Positions 12,918-26,083 are shown, numbered from the stretch's first letter. The stretch is DNA of 64,000 nucleotides from Eledone cirrhosa (GCA_964016885.1 OZ024744.1:109430001-109494000); one strand, 5' to 3'. Notes: generated by a model not told the origin, from the sequence alone. Translations and numbers: made by a program.

Positions 12918-13110
12918 GTGTATGTGTGTGTATGTGTGTGTGTATGCGTGTGTGCATGTGTGTGTTGTATGTGTGTGTATGTGTTTGTGTGTTTGTGTGT
13001 GTATGAGAGATATAGATAGAGAGAGAGGAACGAGAGAACGTGTGTGTATGTGTGTGTGGGAGAGAGATAGAGAGAGGGAGAGAGAGAGAGAAAGAAAGAG
13101 AGATAGAGAC
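8255..13110. repeat. Compound satellite: conserved GAGATATAGATAGA(GA)nGGAACGGG(G/A)GAAAG core separated by variable (GT)n/GTAT/GTCT tracts
   Basis: Dozens of core copies; ~1660 bp higher-order duplication (landmark TACTGTGTATGGG at 10891 and 12551). Confidence 0.95.
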
Positions 13111-13170
13111 TGACAAAAGGCATTGTGGGTATTAAGGTGAGTAATGAAATAGACGGGGGAGATAGAAAGA

Positions 13171-15289
13171 TAGATAGATAGATATATTTCTTTATTTGCC
13201 ACAAGGCCGCAAAAGATGGGGACAAATACAATTGGAGAGTTTACATAAAAGGCGTGTAAAAATGTATAACAAAAATAACGAATTTAACAAACGAAATCCC
13301 CAATAGGGGGGAGGCGTTACAAATGGGTTGCACACACCCTGAAATAAATGTACAACCCTCATCTCCAGGAGCACGAAGAGCGAGCACTCCTCTTCTCTCT
13401 TCCTCTTCTTCCTCGACCTATAGACTTATATAAAAAGAGATATAGATAGATAGGCTTATATAAAAAGAAGGCCCAGCCACTCGGGCTATCCTTGCCACAT
13501 TCACCCACCTTTCGTAAAATTTGCTGGGGTGCAGTACCACTCTGATTCTTCTTCTAAAATGATATTTGAAGAAGCGAACCAGAGAGAAAGGTGTCTGACC
13601 TCAGCCATTTCAATCTAGTCCACCATAGCCATTACACAGAGGAAAACCGCCTCTCCTTCGTTTTTGAAGGAAGGTGGCGGTTTGATCGCAATAATGGACT
13701 CGGTGGTCAACCGGATTGGTCCCACCCGCGACAGTAGTCGTTCTGCGTAGCTCCACAGGTCGGTAACGCCCGGGCAGTGTACGAATGCGAGCGCGACAGT
13801 TTCCTCGTCCCGCACGCACTTCGGACAGATCTTTTTCGAGGGATCCCTGCCCGAGCGCCCGTGTCTGTAGAGCTTGTCTTGAAATTGTAGACTCGCTTCA
13901 CGAACGGGGCCCACACCGGTTGTTCGGTGAGGAATACGTGGAGGTGCCGCAGCCTGAGTGCGTGATTGCGCATCGTCAGCCACGGCATCCTCAGCCCTCC
14001 GTTTGAAGGGTGTTGACAGCAGATGGATCTTCTCACCAAAGGAGCCCGCTTTTTCGAAAGGAATTGGAAGAGCGCGCGCTCCATTTTGGTGAGCGTTTTA
14101 CTTGGACAAGGCACGACGGTCAAGCGGTAGTAGATGACGGACGCTATGAAAGCGTTCTCCACCTCCGCTCGACCTTTAAAGGATAGTTTGCACTCGGCCC
14201 ATATCTGGGCGAGCGCAAATATCTTGGCTGTCACCTCGAGTTTTTCTCCACCTGGAGGTCCGGTCCGAACCAGACATCGGTCTGCCTCTCAACGATCCGA
14301 GCTGCAAACCCACGGACTTGTCCCGGTTCAGCTTCGCTGAACCTCACCGATTTGCGAGGTGCTGGACACCAAAACTGTTACGTCGTCGGCATAGGCCGAC
14401 GCCGCTTTTCGCAGTCCCGGTTCCAACGGGATGCCCTGCAGTAGCTTCAACTTCCGCAGTAGTGGCTCGAGAGTCAGTACGTACAGAAGAGAGGAGAGAG
14501 AGCATCCCTGTCGGATGGATCGCGTGATTTGGAACGGCTCCGAGAGGTAGCCATTCACCTTGACCCTTGAGCAGATGTTGTTGCTGTGCATGGCAGCAAT
14601 CCAGCCCCTGAACACGGGTCCGAAGCCTGCCGCTGCGAGCACCGCATCCAGGTAACGATGGTCGACTCTATCGAATGCCTTAGACTGATCGAAATTTATC
14701 AGTGCCCCACCGAAGCCGGGTTCACACCCGATGTATCGCATGAGGTGGAGGTTGTCGTGTATGGACCTAGTCGGGATTGCGCATGTCTGCGCTTCTCTCA
14801 CCAGGTTTTCGACGACAAGCGCCATTCTCCTTGCTAACACCTTGGTCAAAATCTGTAACTCTGTGTTTAGCAGAGTTATGGGCCTGAAGTTATTAATGTC
14901 GTCCCCCTTGTTCTCGTCCTTCCTAACCAGCGTTACTACGCCCTTGGTCACAGAACTGGGAATTCTTCCGTTCTGCTGCCAGTTGCAGTAGACCGCTTCG
15001 AGGAGACCGAAGAGCAAGTCCGGCATTGCTACGTAAAATTCGTAGGGTAGACCGTCGAGACCTGGCGATTTGCGTTTGCCGCATTGGCTCAGCGCGTCCC
15101 CTATCTCAGCGGCTGAAATCGGCCTTTCGCAGAACTTCACCTCCCCGTCCGAGAGTCGCGGCAGGCCGTCGAGGTATGGACCGAAATCCATAGCCCCTCA
15201 CGGCGCGCCACCCTGCCCGAATAGTTGTGCAAAGTGCCGCTGAAAGGCCGCGCACATCTGCTCCGTTTCAAGTATCACGCGTCCGTCTT
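13171..15289 (-). mobile_element. Tx1/L1-clade non-LTR retrotransposon copy A (5'-truncated, internal deletions)
   Basis: KSPGLDGLPYEFY, NFRPITLLN, DQSKAFDRV, RQGCSLSSLLY, SAYADD, GGL, CPKCVRDEETV..FVHC; 3' UTR ends in AAATAAA followed by (TATC)n. Confidence 0.9.
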
Positions 15290-15311
15290 GATAGATAGAT
15301 AGATAGATAGG

Positions 15312-15389
<78 letters not shown>

Positions 15390-15390
15390 T
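15290..15390. repeat. (GATA)n tract between Tx1 copies A and B
   Basis: Direct. Confidence 0.95.
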
Positions 15391-18300
15391 ATCTTTATTT
15401 GCCACAAGGGCGCACAAGAAAAGGGGACAATACAAAGACATGCCAGGGATTGTACATACAGTCGTGTAAAAAAATATAAAACAAACAATTATAACAATCG
15501 AAATCCCCAATAGGGGGGAGGCGTCACAAATGGGTTGTTTAATACCCCGTCGATAGAACAACCCTCAACTCCAGGAGCGTGTTGTGCAAGTGCTCCCTTC
15601 TTCCTTTTGCTCTCTTCTTTAACCTACAGGCTTATAAACAGAGAAGGCCCAATCACTCGGGCCATTTTTGCCACATTCACCCACCTTTCAGTAAATTTAC
15701 TGGGGTGCAGTGCCTCTCTCTCCACTCTGATTCTCCTTCTAAAGTGATACTTAAAGAAGGGAATCAATTGTTGTCCGGAGAGAAAGGCATTTGTCCTCAG
15801 TCCTCTCAATCTCGTCCATCATATAACCTCTTTCACCATAGCCACTGTACAGAGGAAAACCTCTCTCTTTCGTTTTTGAAAGAGGCTGGCGGTTTGATCC
15901 TTACTATGGACTCGGCAGTCAACTGGATTTGTCCCATACGCGACAGCAGTTGTTCTGCATAGTTCCACAGGTCAGTTACGCCCGGGCAGTGTACAATTGC
16001 GTGCAGAACGGTTTCAATGTCCTGTGCGCATCTTGGACACGTCCTCTTGGAAGGATCCCTGCCGGGGCGTCCATACCTGTAGATCTTGTCACAAACTAGT
16101 AGAGCTCCTCGGTAACACTGCCAGGCGAGGGACCTCTGGAAGTTGTCCATAGGTCCCGGGCGGAAAGTCCTACCAAACAGACTGGTGACCTCATCGTCTT
16201 CGACGCCCAGAGTCTCTCCGAGCACGACGTCGCCCTTGTAACGTACAATCCCTCTATAGAATGTCGAAGTGCAGTCTCCACTGATTGCTGTGCCCTCTTG
16301 TCAGAGGACTGTGAGCGCCTGAGTGCATTCAATGTGCCAGGCGCCCATCGTTTTCGGTCTTTTCTTCACCCAGGACTGCAGCTCCGTTAGCGAGACGAGC
16401 TGCGGAAAAGCCTGTCTCACAAACGGTGCCCACACCGGTTGGGGGTCGGTGAGGAATACCTGGAGATGACGCACCCTCAGCGTATTTTTGCGCATCATCA
16501 GCCACGGTATTCCCAGCCCTCCGTTGGAACGGTGCTGACAGCAGACGGATCTCCTCACCAGCGAAGCCTGCTTCTTCCACAGAAACTGGAAGAGCATGCA
16601 TTCCATCTTGGCGAGGTGTTCACGGGGACAAGGCACGACAGCCAAGCGGTAGTAGATGACGGACGCTATGAAAGTGTTCGCCACCTCCGCTCGACCTTTC
16701 AAGGTCAGTTTGCATTCTGCCCACTTCTGGATGAGCGCAAACACTTTGGCCGTGACCTCGTTCTAGTTTTTCTCCACCTGGAGGTCTGGACCGAACCAGA
16801 CCCCGAGCAATTTCACCGGTCCGTCCATCCAGCGTCCAACGACGCTGTCGGACGTCATCGGTTTGTCTCTCCACTTACCCAGTTGCAAACCGACAGACTT
16901 GTCCGGGTTTAGTTTTGCTCCCGCCAGCGTTTCGTATTCTTTCAGTAAGTTGCCGTTCCCAGAAAAGACTCTAGACGCTTAAAGAAGTCTGGCCGCGATT
17001 GCGATTGCCTGGTCGGGGCATAAACGGCCACCAGTCTGAAGGCTCCACCTCCGGGTCCAAGTGTACTTGCTGTACTTCGACGTCCAGGTTCTTCTGAAAC
17101 ATGACAGCCACTCCCTCTCCACCTCTTGGCTGACAGAGAGATGCGTAGACCTCAAAGTCGTCGAAGATGGGGTTTAGTTGCTGCCTGTTGTGGATCCTGG
17201 ACTCGGTGATGGCTATCACATCCATGCCGTTCCCAGAAAAGACTCTAGACGCTTTAAAAGTTGGCCTTATTTCTAGGGCATCCCTAGGCCACGCACATTC
17301 ACACTTCCAACTCGTAAACTAGTCATGTTGGTGGAGAAGAGTTGGCGAAAAGGACGAAAAGGTGCACTTACCTTTTCGTTTCCTAGATATCGGGTTGTTC
17401 AATCTCCATTTAAGTTCTGGTGAGGGTGTTGGGTGGGGTGGGGAAACATTTTAATAAGACGCGGTTAATATCTTTTTGACAGGGGTTGCCAACATCCTGC
17501 GAAAACTGTTCTTTCAATTTCTGATAAGTTTCTATCGAAACCCTTATTAGTTTTAGGTGTAGTTGAGAGTCTGCTTTTACAAAAGTTTTCCCCTCAGTTT
17601 CCACTTTGGGGTCCTGTGAGATGACCTCCATCACATTTTTGTGGTTGGTGTTGATGTATGTATATTGTTGTTTTTGTTTTGGTTGTGTTGTTTTAGATTG
17701 TTGTTCGTCTGTGAGTTTTCTTTTTTATGTTTGGGGTGGTGTTGGTGTTTGTTTGGTTGGTAGGGAAAGTTTGGTTGTGGTGTTGTCTGTGTTGTTGTTT
17801 GTGTCTGTGGCTGTGTGTTAGTGTTGGTGATTGGAGTTTTGGGGGATTTGTGGTGTCTCTTTTTTTGTTTTTTTGATTTCCGGGGCTCTTCTTCTTCTTC
17901 ACTTAAAGAAGGAGAAGCAGCCTCATCTGTTGGTGAATAATCATCATCAGGAGTGTGGGGTAGGGGTATGTTGTGTGGTGGTGGTGTTTTGGTGTGTGTG
18001 TTTGTGGAAATATTGGATTGAGTGGGGTGGGGTAGGGCTGTGTTCTTCAGGGGTGCTGTCTGTGTTTTTTCTGTTGTTTGTGGTTGACTGGTTGTTTGTT
18101 TGGATGTGTTTGCTTCTTTTGTGTCTTGTTGTTGTTGTTGTTGTTGTGGTGGTGGTGGTGGTGGTGGTGGTGATTGTTTTGGTGTTGGTGTTGGTAAAAG
18201 TACTTTTTTTTTTATGTTTGTTTGTAAAGGGCAGGAGGCTTTTAGGTGTGATGTGCTTGCACATCGAAAACACTGTGGCTTTCTGATCTCAGTTACGATG

Positions 18301-19389
18301 TTGATGTAATTCTGGTTGTCGACCAGCACTCTTTCGGGGATTTTGGAAATTCTTTCTGGTTTCATTTGTATCAGAATTTCCAAATTTGTCCCTGTCCACC
18401 TTTGTCTGGTCGACTTCCTGACCGAAAGAATTGTGTCACTTTCTGGCTCTATGAACTCTGCTAAGATCCACCAAATGTTGATGTTTGGTGGTATATTATT
18501 TATTTTAATTTTTTATGTTCTTTTTCCCATGTAAGTAGAGGAAAAGGTGTGTGATTTTGTGATGACTGGTGTAACAGAATGCTTTTGTGCGAGGGCCTCG
18601 CTTTTAAAAAGTACCGAAATACTTCCATATAGTCTGACCCTCTGCATAAAATCAATGTCCGGCAGAGCCTCTTTCAAGGTGGTTTCAATTTCCCCTTGAT
18701 TAAGGAATACCGGTTTTTTCGTTTTATTTGAAACAGTTCTGAAGGTTACTGTCCTTCGAACTGTTTCTCGTTTAATTTCCAAGGGTGAGTTTATATGAAA
18801 CCCACCCTTTTCTTCAAAGGTTATGAATTGTTTTGCATCGGTCAACATTTGTTTGGAGTTGCTTATGTCGATGTGGTTGTACTCTATTTTATTTATCACA
18901 GTCTGTGCGAATGTTGTTTTTTCAATTTTGTTGTTGTTGTCAGTTTTTTCGTGTATAGTTGTGTCAATTGTTTCAATTTCTGCATTTTCTGTATTTTTTG
19001 GTGTCTGTTGTGGGATGTTATTTTCATCTTTTGTTGTGTAAATATTCATTTCTTTACGAAATGAAGTTTTGTTGTTGTTTGTCTCCATATATACTTCTAT
19101 GGAAGTAGAGGGAGATATAACGCTTATATCTGTTCCTTTCCCTCTCTTCTCGCTGTCTAGCGTTCGCTGTAAGTCACACATTGTTAAAGTTAGGAAAATT
19201 TTCAAAACTTCTCAATAATCTTTTCAATTAAATTTCCGCCCCTGTGGGGCGAAAACTGAGATTACCACCCAGCTGACAATTCAGCCTGGGTGTTACAATA
19301 CAATATAACAATATAAATTTTCACACAATAAATTCTGTTTTTGTATAGAACATTTTACAAAAACTTAGCAACGATCTACCGCACGTCCA
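15391..19389 (-). mobile_element. Tx1/L1-clade copy B: apparently intact 5' end, ORF1, ORF2 with a large endonuclease-to-RT deletion
   Basis: 5' end TTGGACGTGCGG at ~19390; ORF1 with CX2CX4HX4C knuckle; ORF2 ATG at 17326 (MTSLRVGSVNVRGL...DVIAITES, APE domain) joined at ~16955 to post-YADD sequence (LKEYETLAGAKLNPDKS); C-terminal CPRCAQDIETVLHAIVHC. Confidence 0.85.
17410..19205 (-). pseudogene. Tx1 ORF1 (gag-like zinc-knuckle protein), frameshifted
   Basis: Three abutting ORFs (18513-19205, 17631-18383, 17410-17634); motif PQCFRCASTSHLKASCP followed by a low-complexity tail; lies directly upstream of the APE domain. Confidence 0.75.
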
Positions 19390-21708
19390 ATAGATAGATA
19401 GATAGATATGTTTTTCTTATTAGCCACAGGGGCACAAAAGAAGGGGACAAATACAAAGGAGGAAGTTTACATACAATAAAAACGTGTAAAATATTATCAC
19501 AAATGCAATTGAATTAATCGATTTGAGTTAATCGATTTTCCCCAATAGGGGGAGACATTTTATATGGGTAACACATACCCCCGAAAAATTGTGCAACCCT
19601 CATCTCCAGGAGTACGAAGAGTTTGTACCCCTTTCCTCTCTTCCTCCCTTTCCTCAACCTACAGGCTGATATAGAGAGAAGACCCATTCACTCGAGCCAT
19701 TCTCGCCACTTTCACCCACCTTTCATAAAACTTGCTGGGGTACAGCAGCTTTCTCTCCATCCTGATTCTTCTTCCAAAGTGGTATTTGAAAAAAAGAATC
19801 AGTTGTTGGCCGGAGAGAAAGGTGTCTGACCTCAGCCCTTTTAACCTCGTCCACCATACAACCTCTTTTGCCATAGCTATCACACAAAGGAAATCCGCCT
19901 CTCCTTCGTTTTTGAAGGAGGGTGGCGGTTTGATCATGACAATGGACTCGGTGGTCAACCGGATTGGTCCCACCCGCGACAATAGTCGTTCTACATAGAC
20001 TACACAGGTCGGTAACGCCCGGGCAGTGTATGAATGCGTGCGCGACGGTTTCTTCGTCTCGCACGCATCTCGGGCAGATCTTTTTCGAAGGTTCCCTGCC
20101 CGGGCGCCCATGTCTGTAAAGCTTGTTTCGAACTGGTAGAGCTCCTCGGTAGCACTGCCAGGCCAGGGACTTTTGGAAGTTGTCCATCGGTCCCGGGCGG
20201 AAGGTCCTACCGAACAGACAGGCCAGTTCGTCTTCCTCTTCGCACAGAGCTTCTACGAGCGCGTCGTCGCACTTGCTGCGGATCAATCCTCTATAGAATG
20301 ACGAAGTGGAGTCTCCACTGTTCGCCGGGTCCGCATCCCAGAGGGCTGTGAGCGCCTGAGCACATTCGATGTGCCAGTCGCTCATTTTCCTCGGTCTTTG
20401 CTTGACCCAGGACTGCAGCTCGGTCAGCGAGACAAGTCGTGGGAAGGCTCGCCTCACGAACGGGGTCCACACCGGTTGACCGGTGAGGAATACGTAGAGA
20501 TGCCGCAGCCTGAGCGCGTGTTTGCCCATCGTCAGCCACGGCATCCCCAGCCCTCCATTGGAAGGGTGTTGGCAGCAGATGGATCTTCTCACCAAAGGAG
20601 GCCGCTTCTTCCAAAGGAATTGGAAGAGCGCGCGCTCCATTTTGGTGAGCGTTTTGGCTGGACAAGGCACGACGGTCAAGCGGTGTAGATGACGGACGCT
20701 ATAAAAGTGTTCGCTACCTCCACTCGACCTTTCAATGATAGTTTGCACACGGCCCATTTCTGAGTGAGTGCAAACACCTTGCCCGTCACCTCGTTCCAGT
20801 TCTTCTCCACCTGGAGGTCCGGACCTAACCAGACCCCCGAGCAGCTTTACCGGTCTTCCCGTCCAGCGTCCGACGACGCCATCGGAAGGCATCGGTTTGC
20901 TTCTCCACGATCCGAGTTGCAAACCGATGGACTTGTCCCGGTTCAGCTTCGCTCCTGTGAACCTTTCGTATTCCTCCAGTAAGGTGCCAACTTCCTCGAT
21001 TTGCGAGGTGCTCGACACCATTACTGTCAGGTCGTCGGCGTAGGCCGACGTTGCTTTCCGCAGTCCCGGTTCCAGAGGGATGCCCTGCAATAGCTCCAAC
21101 TTCCGCAGTAGTGGCTCGGGAGTCAGTACGTACAGAAGGGAGGAGAGAGGGCATCCCTGTCGAATGGATCGCGTGATCTAGAACGGCTCTGAGAGGTAGC
21201 CGTTCACCTTGACCCTTGAGCAGATGTTGCTGTTGTGCATTGCAGCAATCCAGCCCCTGAACACGGGTCCGAAACCTGCTGCCTCGAGCACCGCATCCAG
21301 GTAACGATGGTCAACCCTATCGAAAGCCTTAGACTGATCCAAGTTGATCAGTGCGCCACCGAAGCCAGGTTTACACCCTACCCTCTCTATGATGTATCGC
21401 ATGAGGTGGAGGTTGTCGTGTATGGACCTGGTCAGGATTGCGCATGTCTGCGCTTCTCCCACCAGGTTCTCGACGACAAGCGCCAGCCTCTATAACTCTG
21501 TGTTTAGCAGAGTTATGGGCCGAAAGTTGCCTATGTCATCCCCCCCCCTTATTCTCGTCCTTCCTGAATAGTGTGACTACGCCCCTGGTCACTCACAGAA
21601 CTGGGAATTCTCCCGTTCTGCTGCCAGTTGCAGTAGACCGCTTCCAGGAGACTTGAGAACAAGTCCGGCATTGCTAAGTAAAATTCGTATGGTAGACCGT
21701 CTAGACCT
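19390..21708 (-). mobile_element. Tx1/L1-clade copy C (5'-truncated at SPGLDGLPYE)
   Basis: PGLDGLPYEFY, LDQSKAFDRV, SAYADD, GGLGMP, CPRCVRDEETVAHAFIHCP; 3' end abuts (GATA)n at 19390-19408. Confidence 0.9.
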
Positions 21709-22097
21709 GGAGAGATAGATATGTTTCTTTTATTTGCCACCAGGGCATCAAAAGTGGGACAAGTACAAGGGGGGAGTTTACACAAAAAGGCGTCCTCAAT
21801 AAGGAGGAGGCAATAATAATATATAAAAATAATATATAACAAAAAATAAAATTTATAACAAAATCCTCAATAGAGAGGAGGCGCCTTCGGGGATCGCACA
21901 CACCCCCGAAAAAAGTGTGCAACCCTTTTCCTCAGGAGCACAGAGAGGGGGTGCTCCCTCGTTCCTTCCTCTTTTCCACCTACAGGCTTATGGAAAGAGA
22001 AGGCCCATTCACACGGGCCATTCTCGCCACTTTCACCCACCTTTCATAAAAACGACTGGGGTGGAGCACCTCTCTCTCCATCCTGATCCTTCTTCCA
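21709..22097 (-). mobile_element. Tx1/L1-clade copy D (3' end only)
   Basis: Last ORF2 codons RIRMEREVLHPSRFYERWVKVARMARVNG plus 3' UTR with AAATAAA; flanked by GGAGAGATAGATA on both sides. Confidence 0.85.
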
Positions 22098-22627
22098 GGA
22101 GAGATAGATATGTTTCTTTTATTTGCCACCAGGGCATCAAAAGTGGGACAAGTACAATGGGGGGAGTTTACAAAACAAGGCGTCCTCAATAAGGAGGAGG
22201 CAATAACAATATATAAAAATAAAATAAAATATAACAAAAAATAAAATTTATAACAAAGTCCTCAATAGAGAGGAGGCGCCTTGGGGGGTCGCACACACCC
22301 CCGAAAAAAGTGTGCAACCCTTCTCCTCAGGAGCACAGAGAAGGGGTGCTCCCTTGGTCTTTCATCTTCCTCACCTATAGTCTGATGTAGAGTGAAGGCC
22401 CATTCACACGGGCCATTCTCGCCACTTTCACCCATCTTTCATAGAAACGGCTGGGGTGCAGCACCTCTCTCTCTCCATCCTGATCCTTCTTCCGAAATGA
22501 TATCGGAAGAAACGGACCAGTTGTTGGCCAGAGAGAAAGGTGCCTGACCTCAGTCCTTTCAGACGCGTCCACCATACAACCTCTTTCGCCATGGCTATTA
22601 CGCACAGAAACACCGCCTCTGCTTCCG
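22098..22627 (-). mobile_element. Tx1/L1-clade copy E (3' end only)
   Basis: FLCVIAMAKEVVWWTRLKGLRSG...; same 3' UTR subfamily as D; flanked by GGAGAGATAGATA at 22098 and 22628. Confidence 0.85.
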
Positions 22628-22904
22628 GGAGAGATAGATAGATAGCCAGACAGAAGCAGTGGGGGAGTATAAAGAGAGAGGAGGTAGATATGTGAAAATA
22701 TAAAATAAAATTTAAGGAGGGATAGTGTGGAGTGGAGGGGGGGGGGGGTCATTTGGTCGTTGTTATTGGGTGGTGTAGGGGTCTAACGGTGAGGTTTATA
22801 TCAATATAAGACAGCAATTGTCAAACTGGTTCCATTTCCTGTTATCGACGTAACAACATAAACCGCCTTAAACTTTGGATTAACATTACTTCAACGTTGT
22901 GTAC

Positions 22905-23570
<666 letters not shown>

Positions 23571-23833
23571 GCATGGGTTTATATGTGTGCGTGTCTGCCT
23601 ATATGTGTGTGTGGTGTGTGTATGTTGTAAAAATAATGTTTTAAAAGATTGTCAGACGCCAGATAAAAACCGCAATGACTTCACCACTTCATTATTTCAA
23701 GTTACGTCCAACTTTAAAAAAAACTCTTTACTTTACTTTATTTTCCACACGAGAACAAATAAAAGAAAATATGACGCACATAACGGTTTATTTGTTCATT
23801 TTATGCATTTATTTATCTATTTATTTATCAATT

Positions 23834-23897
<64 letters not shown>

Positions 23898-23901
<4 letters not shown>

Positions 23902-24183
23902 TACTTTGGGAGGGTCATGTTGCCAATAAGAAACACACGCACCAGTTGCTTTCACTTCAATTTATTATATATTTATAAATTTATAAATTTACAAATTTAC
24001 AAACTTATAAATTTCTGGTTGGTTGGTTGGTTCCACAACCAGATAGTTGTTTATATATAGTCATAGTCCTTTCGTCACACACTCTGTGACCTCTTCAGTG
24101 ACTGGGGATTCCTTTCTTTGTTTCTGTGCCTTTCCTTTCTTCTATCCTACGCCATTTTGTAAACAAAATGACTATATATAAAC

Positions 24184-24190
<7 letters not shown>
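23898..24190 (-). mobile_element. Short (TA)n-embedded, hammerhead-bearing repeat (probable PLE terminal repeat); family ends also at 58445 and 59641
   Basis: Shared end GTTATACTT(T/G)GGGAGGGTCAT; hammerhead at 24059-24103. Confidence 0.55.
24059..24103 (-). ncRNA. Minimal type I hammerhead motif
   Basis: Minus: AGTCA-CTGAAGA-GGTCACA-GAGTG-TGTGAC-GAAAGGACTA-TGACT; 5-bp stem I, 6-bp stem II. Confidence 0.7.
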
Positions 24191-24260
<70 letters not shown>

Positions 24261-24419
24261 AATCAGGAAAGAAGACTGACACAGTTTGCTATACAAAAAA
24301 GGTTTATAATCTCATTGCTGACAATTGTTTCTCTGAACTGGTAGGTCTAGAGATCGCTTCCCGCTTATTTTCACGTTATTCGATCAAGTGGACTACCTAT
24401 AACAATATTTTGTTACCCC

Positions 24420-24523
<104 letters not shown>

Positions 24524-25724
24524 GAAAAACATGGGGAGAAGAATACAGCATGGTTGCACATGGATTACATATTATAAAATTAATCCCTCATCAGTGATTT
24601 GCCAACCATCATTGGTATTTCATCGCATTAAAAATCAGATACCTCAGGTTGGTGCGAGCAATAACTAAAATAAGCTATTGGGACAAGTGAAACGCGTAAA
24701 GCGAGTGAGACAAGTAAACAACAGAAGGAAAATATATATATATATATATATAAATATACATATATATATATATATATATAAATATATATTTCGTTGACAA
24801 ATATATCAATATGCCCAGACACGCAGATATATTGCCCTTGGTATGACAGTGTGGTTTTAGCTCAATGTAGGATAACTAGTATACTACAGAGCCGTTATAG
24901 TTATAGGAATAACCAAAGAGTGCTTAGAAATACATTGTTTTATTAACTAACAGTGTTTCATCCATACACCATGGCAGGAATCTTCAGAGACTATAAACAT
25001 GAGTATATCAGTAGTTGCATGCTCCATCGAGCTGCGTCACCAGAACAAGGTTAAATGACCAGCAGGGGGGGGGGGGGGTCCCGAGGCCAGCGCTATATGG
25101 AAAAAGACAGAATACATGATGCAGATAATGTCATAAAATGTCTTAAAAATTTAAAAATTAAAAATTAAATATTAAAAGTGACACCAAAAATGTATCACTT
25201 AGATGGTGCAATAGATGATAAAAAGGTTGGGAGAGGGTAGCAAGGGATGAGTGAAGGTATTACTCAGCATGATCAGAAACAATCAGAAAATATAAGAAAA
25301 TAACAAAAAATAACAAAAAAAAGTACAAAAATACAGGGGTAAGAAAAGAGATAAATACAAAAATACAAAACAATAAAGGAACAAAAAGCCCGGACCCCCT
25401 CCCCCCCAAAAAAAATATATATATATAAGACAAAGCAAAGCATAGATGCATCAAAGCACAAGCAGTGCAAAAAGAGGGTGTACAGGCAGATCAAGAGAGT
25501 TTGCAAGCATGAGTCTGTGAAAAGAATAGTTGGTTAGCAGTAATGCAGCCTTACATGTATGACAGTCCATATGAGGGATGGTATACTCCAATTATATCGC
25601 CTTGTAACAGGTCGATTCTCCTTATCATATCCGCACCCTACGAACCACATCGATATGTTCCAGTTCCGAACGCTAAGTGAGATAACACTATTTTTCTAAA
25701 ACCTATATATATATATATATATAT

Positions 25725-26083
25725 CTGAGTGGATGGGTGCTACACGAGAATGCTGAGGATGGCTCTGAACATTAATCAGTATACACTGAGGATGAAAAAC
25801 TCAGAGCTGTATGGGAGCATCCCAAAAGTCAGGTCGAAAGTGACACAGAGGAGACTGAGGTTGGCTGGACATGCTCACCGACATCCAGAGTTGACATTGC
25901 ACTCAGTGCTCCTGTGGGAGCCCCTACATGGACACACTAGAAGAGGAAGACCAAGGTTAACGTATGTTGATGCCCTAAGGACAGACACTGGACTGTTGGA
26001 GACGCAGGACATGGCAGCGATAATGAGGGACAGAGACCGCTGGAGAGAACTCGTCCATGGATCTCGGGAATTTTACCCGCCTT

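Noticed and set aside
8255-13110. CRISPR-like repeat-spacer appearance
   Set aside because: The spacers are microsatellites of variable length, there are no cas genes and the context is eukaryotic.
7542-13231. ORFs of 770-1672 aa rich in His/Thr/Tyr or Cys/Val
   Set aside because: They are translations of the (GT)n compound satellite, open in several frames on both strands, with no domain content beyond the PLE remnant at the left end.
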